A stretch of 64,000 nucleotides of DNA from a virus. Positions within the stretch are counted from its first letter, which is position 1. Every line of letters starts with the position of its first letter. The stretch covers positions 32,001-96,000 of the IMG/VR virus record IMGVR_UViG_3300035670_000035; one strand, given 5' to 3'. Made by a program: the position numbers and the translations under genes. The notes beneath the pieces are model-generated. The model was not told where the DNA came from. It saw only the letters and a program-made list of their open reading frames with translations, and made no database searches. Shown here piece after piece: positions 55,433-64,000 of this stretch.

Positions 55433-58381
55433 TTATTTTTTAGATTTTAATATATCCAAAAAGTTCTGTATTTCTTCTTCATTTATATTTTCATCACTAA
55501 AAAAGTCTACGTTAATATCAGGATTTTCAATTTGAAAATCTAATAATTTTTCTAAATTTTGTAAGGTTTGAGGTTTATAATTACAATCACTAGAGCAGTA
55601 CTCAATTAAACAATTAATTCGCAGTTCTATGCAATTTGAATTTGAAAATGACAGAATTTCTCTTTTACAATAGTCACAAGGTGCAAAACAAGGGCATGGT
55701 CGTAAATAATCGTATAGGGATTGAGGAATGAAATCACGACAACTGCATGATCTTAGTTCTTTACATCTTTCACATGTATATGTTTCATTTGGACAAGCGC
55801 TTCCTGGGCCATCGCCTGGAACAGCATAACTTTCACAACGATATCGCTTTGGAGGTGGACCACATAGATTTGGCCAACACCCAAATTGTTTAAAAGTACC
55901 AGAACCACTACATTTTTGACATGGGCCTGGACCACTTGTAGGGCCTGGACCACTTGAGGCTGGTGAACCGGATCCTGGAAGTACTCCACCAGGTTTCCAA
56001 GGTGGAGGTGGTGGTGGTTGTGGAGGAGGTGGAGGAGCTGGTGGTGGAGGTGGTGGTGGAGGTGGTGGTGGAGGTGGTGGTGGAGGTGGTGGTGGAGGTG
56101 GTGGTGGAGGTGGTGGTATAGGTGGTGGAGGTGGTGGTGGTATAGGTGGTGGAGGTGGTGGAGGAGCAGGTGGTGGTGGAGGAGATGATGGGCCAGTTGG
56201 ATTTGTAAAAACAGGTGCGTCACCAACAACAATAACATCACTTTGAGCAGAGCCATTATTATTTATTATTGTTATTGGACCAGATGTTGCTCCAATTGGA
56301 ACAGTAAAAGTGATTCCTGTATTTGAACAACTTATAATTTCTGTAGCCAGAATACCATTAAAATAAACTTGAGATCCACACCCAAGATTTTCGCCAATTA
56401 CAGTAATTCTATCACCAATATTTACTCTATCAGGCCAAACATCATATATTATTGGTTCAGTACTAACAATTGTGACTCTAAAACTAAGAGCACTTTCTAC
56501 TGGAGAATATCCAGCAACTGTTACAGAGATTTTTCCAGTAGTAGTTCCAGCCGCAACTGTAGCTGTAATTAAAGTTCTAGCGCTATTTACAGAAACGCTT
56601 GTGGCATTTACTCCATTAAATTTAACAGTAGGATTAGATCCAAAATTTCTACCAATTATTGTTACAATTGTTCCGATTGGTCCCCATTTTGGAGTAAAAT
56701 TATTTATAACGGGAAATGGACTGATACTATCGCAAGTAGAGCAAAGAGATCCATTTGTATACAATTCTCTTGCTAAGTTATTATTTGGGCAAACAATTTG
56801 ATTACTAGAAAATAGACCAAAATCTTCACAAGTTGATGATTCATCCCAACGAAAAGATGGAGACTTTCCACTACATGCATAACAATATAAATCATATACC
56901 CTAATTGGAGTTACAACACTAGTATTAAAATCGCAAGGTAAATCATAATCAGAAGAATATTTATAATTTTCGCAAGTTAAAACTCTGTCATTGCCATATA
57001 AATATATGCCAACATTTGCCACAGAAGTTCTACCCTCTTTATCAGAAAAATAAATATTTTGATAATACCATTTTCCTGTTTCATCATTTATATACCCAGT
57101 AATATAATTTAATTTATTTAAACCCAAAGTAGAATGACTAAAAATACATGATGGATTATTTTCATAATAACCAAAATGTTCTACAGGATAATTAATATAA
57201 GTATTTAAATCTGCAGTAAAACGATGTTCTCTTGTAAATAAAACGTCATCTAAACTTTTTATTGAAGGTATTTGGGAAAAATCTATTTTAAAATCTTCAT
57301 TTGTAAATATAAAAAATTTTCCACTATTTTCAAAAGAACTAATAATTAAAATCTTATCATCGTTACTAATAAAAATATTTTGTCCAAAAAAATTAGAATC
57401 TGTAGGATTTAAAACTTGATCTGTTATTTGTTGATTAAAATTCCAGTCATTATTATCATTTTCATATATTACAATTTTTCCAATATTATATGGACCACCA
57501 ATAAAAATTCTATTTCCAGAAGAATTAAATGTTAAACTTGCTCCAAGTGTTCTTTCTGAATCTCCAGTAAATGTTTTTTCTAAAGTCCAGTTTGAAGTAT
57601 TATTTTTATAAATAAACGTTTTGCCATTATTATTTTCTGAAAATGGAGCGGAAATACTAATATAATCGCCTTTTTTATCTATAGCTGTACTAAATCCAAA
57701 AAAATTGTTACTTGCTTCACTACCCGTTATTCTTTCATTTAATTGCCAATCTATTCCATCTCCAGTAAATACATAAAATGCCCCACTGTTCTCATTCTCA
57801 CCAATGGCACTAACAACTAATTTATTACCACTTTCATCTATACTTATAGACGAACCAAAAGCTCCACTAGTAGTTAAATCTCCAGTAATTATTTTATGAT
57901 AATTAAAATCATATCCTGTGCCAGTAAAAATATAAACTGCCCCTGCGTTAATAACATCATGTGAAGAATCGTATGGTGCAGAAACAAAACCTATATTTCC
58001 ACTACTATTGAGCAAAGTTTTAACACCAAATAAATCTGAAGCATTTGGATAGCCCGTAATTCTTTTTATTAAGTTCCAATTATTATTATATTTATTAAAT
58101 AAATATGCCCCATTTGCACCAGGAGCACCTATTAAAGCAGTATCTCCAGTTTTATTTAAACTTATGTAAAATCCAAAAGAATCATAATTACCACTTATTT
58201 TTTCTTTAAATTTAAATTTATTATCAATATTCTCATAAATATGAACATACCCTCTTAAATCATCTCCAGGATGTCCTATAAATAGATATTTATTATCATT
58301 ATCCATCGATAATCCTTCACCAAAAATTGGATAATTATTATTTGGATTATCTATTTGTTGGATTAATGAATAATATTTCAT
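55433..58381 (-). CDS. Large adhesin-like protein: FG-GAP beta-propeller, two IPT/TIG domains, polyproline stalk, Cys-rich C-terminus
   Basis: Repeats FG.S..L...G...I.AP....G.VY.F; P.I..F.P..G..G..VTI.G.NF and G..ITV.G.NL; 56 Pro in 61 codons; 18 Cys in about 113 aa. Confidence 0.8.
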   Translation of the reverse strand: MKYYSLIQQIDNPNNNYPIFGEGLSMDNDNKYLFIGHPGDDLRGYVHIYENIDNKFKFKEKISGNYDSFGFYISLNKTGDTALIGAPGANGAYLFNKYNNNWNLIKRITGYPNASDLFGVKTLLNSSGNIGFVSAPYDSSHDVINAGAVYIFTGTGYDFNYHKIITGDLTTSGAFGSSISIDESGNKLVVSAIGENENSGAFYVFTGDGIDWQLNERITGSEASNNFFGFSTAIDKKGDYISISAPFSENNNGKTFIYKNNTSNWTLEKTFTGDSERTLGASLTFNSSGNRIFIGGPYNIGKIVIYENDNNDWNFNQQITDQVLNPTDSNFFGQNIFISNDDKILIISSFENSGKFFIFTNEDFKIDFSQIPSIKSLDDVLFTREHRFTADLNTYINYPVEHFGYYENNPSCIFSHSTLGLNKLNYITGYINDETGKWYYQNIYFSDKEGRTSVANVGIYLYGNDRVLTCENYKYSSDYDLPCDFNTSVVTPIRVYDLYCYACSGKSPSFRWDESSTCEDFGLFSSNQIVCPNNNLARELYTNGSLCSTCDSISPFPVINNFTPKWGPIGTIVTIIGRNFGSNPTVKFNGVNATSVSVNSARTLITATVAAGTTTGKISVTVAGYSPVESALSFRVTIVSTEPIIYDVWPDRVNIGDRITVIGENLGCGSQVYFNGILATEIISCSNTGITFTVPIGATSGPITIINNNGSAQSDVIVVGDAPVFTNPTGPSSPPPPPAPPPPPPPIPPPPPPPIPPPPPPPPPPPPPPPPPPPPPPPPPPAPPPPPQPPPPPPWKPGGVLPGSGSPASSGPGPTSGPGPCQKCSGSGTFKQFGCWPNLCGPPPKRYRCESYAVPGDGPGSACPNETYTCERCKELRSCSCRDFIPQSLYDYLRPCPCFAPCDYCKREILSFSNSNCIELRINCLIEYCSSDCNYKPQTLQNLEKLLDFQIENPDINVDFFSDENINEEEIQNFLDILKSKK
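56000..56182. repeat. Coding tandem repeat (CCW)n with 12-nt period, encoding polyproline
   Basis: + strand GGTGGTGGAGGT reiterated; 26 uninterrupted Pro codons at 56039-56116. Confidence 0.95.
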
Positions 58382-58390
58382 TATTGTAAA

Positions 58391-58396
58391 TTACAC
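58391..58396 (-). promoter_or_regulatory. GTGTAA motif
   Basis: GTGTAATTTA, 9 nt upstream of ATG 58381. Confidence 0.55.
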
Positions 58397-58399
58397 CTT

Positions 58400-61045
58400 T
58401 TAATTTTCCGAAAGATAGTCATAATAGCTTATTCTAAACCTATTTATTTCCTGTGTTATAGTCTTACTATCCTCTCCTTTTGAAGAATCTAATTGTTGAG
58501 GCTCTTTCTCTATTAATCCATCTTTTCCAGAGCCCAATGCTTCTAAATCTTCTTCACTAAATTCTTTTGTTTTACATTGAAAAGAGAATAAACTTCCTAA
58601 TTCAAAATCTTTATATCCACTTCCGCAAATTTTTCCACTACTTCCTGGGCTAAAAATACATATTGTTTCTCCAGAAACAATATTACCAGATTCAAATTGA
58701 CTCGCTAAAGCTTCTAAATCCTCCTCTTCCTCCTCTTTATTATTAATTAATTCTGTTTCAGATGAGATTGGTACAGTTACTGTAAGTGGATATTTTGTAT
58801 TCTCGATCTCTTCATATGGAATTTCATTTGTAACTAATGCGTTAGGATTTTTAATATATAAATTTACTGGTAATCTATTTTCTGAAGTAGCAACTCCAGT
58901 CCAATTGATATAATCATCTGAAATTTCTAATCTCATGATTTTTGGTACAAGGTAATTATATATTTCTAATCTTGGTTGAAGATCTAATTCAATTTTATGA
59001 CTTCCAAATTTACCACTTCTTAATGAGACTATATTAATAATTGAATTACCACTTGCGTCTACACCTCCATCAATTCCAGTAAGTAATGGACCATATTCAT
59101 ATTGAGGGGTTGGATAGTATTTTAAAGGTTTCCAACTAAATAGACCAGAAGAAGCTAATTTATAATTAATCTTATTTATTAAATCTTGTTTTCCAGAAAA
59201 ATAATTATTTCCAATTGAAGAATTAGAGAAGATAAATTCTGTTGTGTATTCTTTTATTATAGGTTTATATCCATATAGATCTTGAAATGTTTCATCATAT
59301 TTAAATGGATATTGCTTGAATTTTATCTTATCTCCCTCATAAAAATTATTAAATGCAATTTGACCAGAATGATAATTCAAATTATATTTAATATTAATTA
59401 GAGCAGCATTTAAATCATCTATAAAAAATATTCCAGAATCTATTGTTGTACCACTCGTTGATATACCGCTTGCAGCCAAATTTTGATTTCTAGTTTTAGT
59501 AACAACTTTTTGTTTTACATCGGAACAACCAACTTCTCTACAGGCGCAACATTCAGCTAATAATGATTGATCAATTGCTATTCTATAGGTTGATGGACTT
59601 GGATCAGGATCATAATATGTTAATAGATTTCCATATGTGCGTATTGGTATATATTGTTTAGGAACATCGATAAATCTTTCTCCTTGATTATACAATTTTG
59701 TTGCTTGGTCACAGATTAAGCAAAATGAAGTCGAACATCCTTTGCCAAGTCCAACAGAGACAATAATTGGAGTACATAAATCTCTGTATACTCCAGAATA
59801 TTCTCTATAGAATAAAAATGGACTTTCAAGTTGTCCACTTATATTTCTTTCAAAGTCAATAGTGAACGCTACGGGATCTTGAGCGTTTAACGCATTAAAT
59901 CCAGAACCAGGCATTAGTTCTGTGGAACCCAAAAAGTATGTAGCCCAAATTTTATCTTGATTTTCAATATAAATATCTTGTAATTTCTCATCAGACACGA
60001 AATTAACATCCATAGAAATTAAATGAGTATTTTGATTTTTGCCACTCAAACTATTTTCGTTATATAAAAAGTCTATCTCATTACCAGAAATTATCGTGGT
60101 ATAAGTTCCAGGGCTTAAGAAATATAAAAATCCAGTATTAGTTCCTGTTATATAATATCCACTTTGTAAACTTTCTGAAGAATCATAAATAAAGAATCCG
60201 TATTCTCCAACATCATAATTTAAATTATTCGTGGAAGATTTATGTCTAAATAAACATGGTAATGCTATATTTTTATTATATGATGCTGCGGGCGGACTAA
60301 TTACAATTTCATTTTTAATAAATCTATACTTTTCATTAGGCGAAGTAAGATTCGATAAATAAGAATTATCATAACTAATTTGACTATTAGTTTCAAAATT
60401 TTGTAATATTCTTTTTTGATTAATGTAATCTTGAACATTATCTGTTATGCCAATTGGCTCTTTTAAGTCTATAATTTCTAAATTAAGTATAGAAGGATTT
60501 TTAGGTATATTATGAAAAAAACCCGTTTTGATAATTGTGGCATTTAATTCTATATCACAATCTTCTATTTTATCTTCTTCAAAACCATAAAGATTTAAAT
60601 CTAATATTAGAACATGTGATTCCCCACTTTCTGGTAAAAATGCTTGATAATAAGGATCTACTGGATTATATCTATAACTTTTGGCTTTGTAATCTATGTA
60701 ACTATTTTCTCCTAGTATAACGTCTCCAGTAATTTTAGGTAATCCATGCATTCCAACTTCGTATTCAATTGGTTCTTTGCCAGAATATAATCCAGTATAA
60801 ATATGACCCAAATAACTTTGTAAAGGTATAAATGAAATATCATTTAGTATATTGTAGCCATTTAATTTTGAATATGTTGCGCCAGATGCTGCGTTTAATA
60901 TATATTTTCTTAAATCTGATGAATTTAAATTAATTTGACCAGATTTGTAATCATAAATGCCTTCATCAAAAAATGGACGAATTCTCTTGTTTGTTATTTG
61001 GTTTTTTAATAAGTATAATCCAGATCCACTTGTAAAAATGTTCAT
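58400..61045 (-). CDS. Large S/T-G-rich probable virion protein with internal Cys cluster
   Basis: 881 aa, frequent SG/TG; C..C..CxxC...CCxC..C segment. Confidence 0.6.
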   Translation of the reverse strand: MNIFTSGSGLYLLKNQITNKRIRPFFDEGIYDYKSGQINLNSSDLRKYILNAASGATYSKLNGYNILNDISFIPLQSYLGHIYTGLYSGKEPIEYEVGMHGLPKITGDVILGENSYIDYKAKSYRYNPVDPYYQAFLPESGESHVLILDLNLYGFEEDKIEDCDIELNATIIKTGFFHNIPKNPSILNLEIIDLKEPIGITDNVQDYINQKRILQNFETNSQISYDNSYLSNLTSPNEKYRFIKNEIVISPPAASYNKNIALPCLFRHKSSTNNLNYDVGEYGFFIYDSSESLQSGYYITGTNTGFLYFLSPGTYTTIISGNEIDFLYNENSLSGKNQNTHLISMDVNFVSDEKLQDIYIENQDKIWATYFLGSTELMPGSGFNALNAQDPVAFTIDFERNISGQLESPFLFYREYSGVYRDLCTPIIVSVGLGKGCSTSFCLICDQATKLYNQGERFIDVPKQYIPIRTYGNLLTYYDPDPSPSTYRIAIDQSLLAECCACREVGCSDVKQKVVTKTRNQNLAASGISTSGTTIDSGIFFIDDLNAALINIKYNLNYHSGQIAFNNFYEGDKIKFKQYPFKYDETFQDLYGYKPIIKEYTTEFIFSNSSIGNNYFSGKQDLINKINYKLASSGLFSWKPLKYYPTPQYEYGPLLTGIDGGVDASGNSIINIVSLRSGKFGSHKIELDLQPRLEIYNYLVPKIMRLEISDDYINWTGVATSENRLPVNLYIKNPNALVTNEIPYEEIENTKYPLTVTVPISSETELINNKEEEEEDLEALASQFESGNIVSGETICIFSPGSSGKICGSGYKDFELGSLFSFQCKTKEFSEEDLEALGSGKDGLIEKEPQQLDSSKGEDSKTITQEINRFRISYYDYLSEN

Positions 61046-62103
61046 TATATTTTCCTTGGTATACTGTAACTAGTATCATTATAAAAACTTTTACTGTATT
61101 TAATTAATCCAATATCATCAAAAGTTATAAAATCTTGTGTATTTATATTACCGCTATTTGTATTTAGAAATAAATTTGCACTATAATCTTTAGTCAATTG
61201 TATTGGATTATAATATATTTCAAAAGTTCCGCTATATGCATTATTTTTACCAGTAGTTAATATTATTTTATTAATACAACCTTCGCAACTAGAGAGTTGA
61301 TATCCATACTGTTTATATTCTTTTTTATTAAGACTAAAAATATCTATATTTCCAGAATCAGCAAAGCTTTTATCATTTAATAACCAATATAGATCCGAAA
61401 GATTTGACCATTCATTTTCACCAGTTGCGTTACTCTTTTTATAATATAAAGTGTTACCGAAATAATTTATATTAAAATTTTTATTAAATATTCCACCATA
61501 TTGCGTTGATAAAGAAACACTTAAAGTATCTTTTCTAGTGAATAAAGTAGACGAAGACATATTATCATTTTCTGGAGTAGAAATAAAACCTAAAATTCCA
61601 GAAGTTAAAGCAAAATAATTATCTTCTCCATTATAATTTATAAATTTTTGATCAAGAAGTCTATCTGGTATAATATATTTTGTTCCGTCATGTTTTACAT
61701 CAAGACAGATCAATTTGATATTGTGTTTTAAATAATAATCTGTTGAAATTAATTTAATTGGCGCACCGAAAAATTTTCCACTTTCATTACCATAGTAAAG
61801 CGTATTTGTCTCTTTATAAGATTTTGGTATAGAAACAGTAACATATCTATCCAACCCAGCTGCGCCACTAATTGATACATATTTTTCTAATTTTTTATTA
61901 CCATATTCGTCAAGGTAAATATTTAGTGGATTACCGCTATTTGAGGCTCCTGTTTGAACGAATTGATAAGTTTTACCTTTTTCAAAAAATAAGCCAGAAG
62001 CTTCTACATTATTTAGATAATAACATTCTGGAGATCCTATACCAGAATATATATTATATGTATTTTTAATTCCTGTGCTTACATTATAACTTTTGTCTGC
62101 CAT
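61045..62103 (-). CDS. Probable virion protein
   Basis: F.KGKTYQFVQ..SNSGNPL.I N-terminal module of the type seen in phage structural proteins; SG/TG-rich. Confidence 0.55.
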   Translation of the reverse strand: MADKSYNVSTGIKNTYNIYSGIGSPECYYLNNVEASGLFFEKGKTYQFVQTGASNSGNPLNIYLDEYGNKKLEKYVSISGAAGLDRYVTVSIPKSYKETNTLYYGNESGKFFGAPIKLISTDYYLKHNIKLICLDVKHDGTKYIIPDRLLDQKFINYNGEDNYFALTSGILGFISTPENDNMSSSTLFTRKDTLSVSLSTQYGGIFNKNFNINYFGNTLYYKKSNATGENEWSNLSDLYWLLNDKSFADSGNIDIFSLNKKEYKQYGYQLSSCEGCINKIILTTGKNNAYSGTFEIYYNPIQLTKDYSANLFLNTNSGNINTQDFITFDDIGLIKYSKSFYNDTSYSIPRKI

Positions 62104-62127
62104 TTTTTCCTTTTGCCTTTAATTAAA

Positions 62128-62133
62128 TTACAC
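62128..62133 (-). promoter_or_regulatory. GTGTAA motif
   Basis: GTGTAATTTA, 24 nt upstream of ATG 62103, with an AAAGG RBS in between. Confidence 0.55.
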
Positions 62134-62552
62134 TATTCTAAACCTAATCTTTGTGGCGCATTATATTTTATAAAACCTATATTAATAGGATAATTTACTT
62201 TATATAAGTATTTTACGCCAGTATTTATAACATTTAATACTATTGTTTTTTCGCATAATATACCTGATTCTAGAATATGAGCTTTAATATGATAGGTTCC
62301 ATAGTCTTGCAAATATCCTTGAATATATTTTGAGCCAGTATTATAATAAACATTATTTGGTAAATTTGATAAATTTAGAAGATTAGGATTCCTAGTAATG
62401 TCTTGATTTTTATAAAACCCACTAACAATAGAATTTAAATTAACAAAAATACTATTTGCCACACCAGTTGGCAATTGATATGTTAGTCCAGTAATAAAAG
62501 AGGGTAAATCATGACAAGATTGATCATTAAACTCAAAATATTGATTTGCCAT
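62133..62552 (-). CDS. Small protein with putative Ig-like (He_PIG-type) domain
   Basis: LPNNVYYNTGSKYIQGYL..GTYHI resembles LP.GL.F...TG.ISGTP...GTY. Confidence 0.5.
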   Translation of the reverse strand: MANQYFEFNDQSCHDLPSFITGLTYQLPTGVANSIFVNLNSIVSGFYKNQDITRNPNLLNLSNLPNNVYYNTGSKYIQGYLQDYGTYHIKAHILESGILCEKTIVLNVINTGVKYLYKVNYPINIGFIKYNAPQRLGLE

Positions 62553-62594
62553 ATTTCATCCTTTGTCCTTTATAAAGCCATAGCCTTATAAAAA

Positions 62595-62600
62595 TTACAC
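62595..62600 (-). promoter_or_regulatory. GTGTAA motif
   Basis: GTGTAATTTTTA, 42 nt upstream of ATG 62552, with an AAAGGA RBS in between. Confidence 0.5.
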
Positions 62601-62613
62601 TATAATATAGCAA

Positions 62614-63033
62614 TTATAGGAAGAAAATAAGCCAAGAATTCTGGTCTTCAATAACTGAAAATTGTCTAAATTCAAATTTATTCTCTTCAGTATGTTTAAA
62701 AAATTGATAAAAAGAATCATCATTTTTATGTATTCTAAAAATACGCCCTTGGACATTTGTTCTTTTATTCTTTTCGCGCATTTCATCTAAATTTATTTTA
62801 ATTTGAGGATTTTCTTCTAAAAAATATGTTACAAAATTTGTAACAATAGTTACGTTTTCAAGTACATAATCTGCTACAGTTCTTCTACAAGAACAATCTG
62901 CGTTTTTAGATAAGCTTTCTATTTTATCTTGAATTGATGGAGCAAAATCTTTGAATCTTTTAACAAATACTACATCTTGAGATATAAGTTCAAATACTAC
63001 ATTAATTAAAATATCTTCTGTGATTTTTTGCAT
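62614..63033 (-). CDS. Hypothetical protein (CSCRR motif)
   Basis: 139-aa ORF. Confidence 0.55.
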   Translation of the reverse strand: MQKITEDILINVVFELISQDVVFVKRFKDFAPSIQDKIESLSKNADCSCRRTVADYVLENVTIVTNFVTYFLEENPQIKINLDEMREKNKRTNVQGRIFRIHKNDDSFYQFFKHTEENKFEFRQFSVIEDQNSWLIFFL

Positions 63034-63074
63034 ATTTATTATTATTATATTATATTATTATTATATATATTATT

Positions 63075-64000
63075 CTAATAATTATTTATATTTAAACCTG
63101 TATAGAATTTATACTCTTTTCCAAGGTTATATATCTTCCATTCAAGATTTATTAAATTATTTATAGGTTTAATATTTTTTATTGAAATGTTTTTAGTATA
63201 TCTTGATGAGTAGCCATCTAATTTATAGATATCTGTATATAGTGGCGAGGAATAATTATAAAATTTATATATATCATATGTAGGAGAACAATTAAGATTT
63301 TTTATTGACAAAGAAAGTTCTAAATTTAAATTATTTAAATTATTAATATATCCAGTAGTTATAGATAAAGATTGCTGTATTCCGCAACAATCTCTACAAT
63401 TTAGTCCAGTATCACAAATACAATAATTAGTAATATTTGATGTAGATATTCCAAAATAATCTATATAATTATCCCATGGAGCTGATAATAAATATGCAGA
63501 ACCTTTTGTAGGATTACCAACTATCATGGTATTTCCATCTCTATTTAAAGCTATACTTTCACCAAAAAAATCTCCAGAAATTTGATTTTCATCATTTATT
63601 TTTAAATATTTTTGCCATCCTGGATAAATAGATGGGCATGTAGGAGGATTTATTGGCCAATATCCATAAAAAATACCTCCACTATATCCAAAGCCTGTTA
63701 CTGTTCCATCTTTAAGAACTACCATAGAATAACCGCATCCAGCAGATATTCCCGTAATTTTTCCAGAAATGCCAGTTGGGAAATTTAATTGTCCATAAGT
63801 ATTATCTCCATAACCAGTTACAGATCCATCATTTAAAAGAAAAAGAGTATTAACACAACCCAAACTCATTTTAACTATTTTACCAGAAATACCAGTTGAT
63901 ATATTAAATTGGTTAGAAGAATCGTATCCTATTCCAGTAGCCCATCCACCGCTAATAAGAAAAAGAGAGCTCCTCTCTGTCGCATCAATCCCAGTAACAT
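63075..64000 (-). CDS. RCC1/BLIP-II-like repeat protein with an FG-GAP-like segment (5' end beyond the window)
   Basis: Frame stays open upstream of 63869 to the window end; repeats such as ISAGCGYSMVVLKDGTVTGFG, DGSVTGYGDNTYGQL; FFGESIALNRDGNTMIVG. Confidence 0.75.
   Translation of the reverse strand, partial: VTGIDATERSSLFLISGGWATGIGYDSSNQFNISTGISGKIVKMSLGCVNTLFLLNDGSVTGYGDNTYGQLNFPTGISGKITGISAGCGYSMVVLKDGTVTGFGYSGGIFYGYWPINPPTCPSIYPGWQKYLKINDENQISGDFFGESIALNRDGNTMIVGNPTKGSAYLLSAPWDNYIDYFGISTSNITNYCICDTGLNCRDCCGIQQSLSITTGYINNLNNLNLELSLSIKNLNCSPTYDIYKFYNYSSPLYTDIYKLDGYSSRYTKNISIKNIKPINNLINLEWKIYNLGKEYKFYTGLNINNY

Noticed and set aside
55753-56256. His-rich 167-aa ORF
   Set aside because: Alternative-frame by-product of the (CCA/CCT)n polyproline repeat inside ORF 55433-58381.
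2633-62786. Short antisense or nested ORFs in the track (2633, 7260, 9291, 14403, 14521, 18059, 20343, 20865, 26250, 26808, 32028, 33672, 34578, 34893, 35317, 39948, 40298, 40910, 47503, 48521, 50682, 53275, 53451, 56369, 56472, 60535, 61872, 62595)
   Set aside because: Each overlaps a longer, motif-supported gene and has no recognisable features; treated as shadows.
63034-63074. ATT/TAT low-complexity tract as an origin or microsatellite
   Set aside because: Short, imperfect and unremarkable in such an AT-rich genome; no iterons nearby.
1-64000. Stop-codon recoding
   Set aside because: Standard-code ORFs tile the window densely, and TAA, TAG and TGA all end full-length genes.
1-64000. Eukaryotic giant virus (NCLDV) or bacterial chromosome
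   Set aside because: DnaE/DnaB/DnaG-type replisome, sigma factor and sigma70/54 promoters exclude NCLDV; the absence of ribosomal, transport and export genes and the phage-type gene mix argue against a cell. A capsid or terminase is not in the window, so the phage call rests on gene content.

Overview
64 kb from a large, very AT-rich dsDNA bacteriophage (Caudoviricetes-like, probably jumbo-sized), not a cellular chromosome. It has a bacterial-type replisome (split DnaE, DnaB, Toprim primase, RecA/UvsX-like, Rad52-like annealing protein), nucleotide supply genes (purA, GMP reductase/IMPDH-family, dCMP deaminase, dNMP kinase, nrdAB, thyX), its own sigma factor and, from 50.9 kb, a minus-strand block of probable virion/tail genes. 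No rRNA, tRNA, CRISPR array or transposase was seen. The dominant accessory theme is glycosylation: about 10 glycosyltransferase-like genes plus a ~16 kb nucleotide-sugar island (18.3-34.1 kb). Most notable: (1) a form IV RuBisCO-like protein in a nucleotidyltransferase/cupin/phosphodiesterase module, plus a NeuB + dehydroquinate-synthase-like + FGGY kinase + TPP-enzyme module, together suggesting undescribed branched or carbocyclic sugar chemistry; (2) an unannotated ~300 nt multi-pseudoknot RNA upstream of nrdA; (3) three promoter classes: host sigma70, a sigma54 promoter at hsp20, and a recurrent GTGTAA motif that is probably a phage late promoter and also reveals a 24-aa micro-ORF; (4) a Whirly/PC4-like SSB candidate next to dnaE; (5) virion proteins rich in S-G/T-G dipeptides and an FG-GAP/IPT/polyproline/Cys-rich protein. 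All assignments come from manual motif reading; no searches were run.
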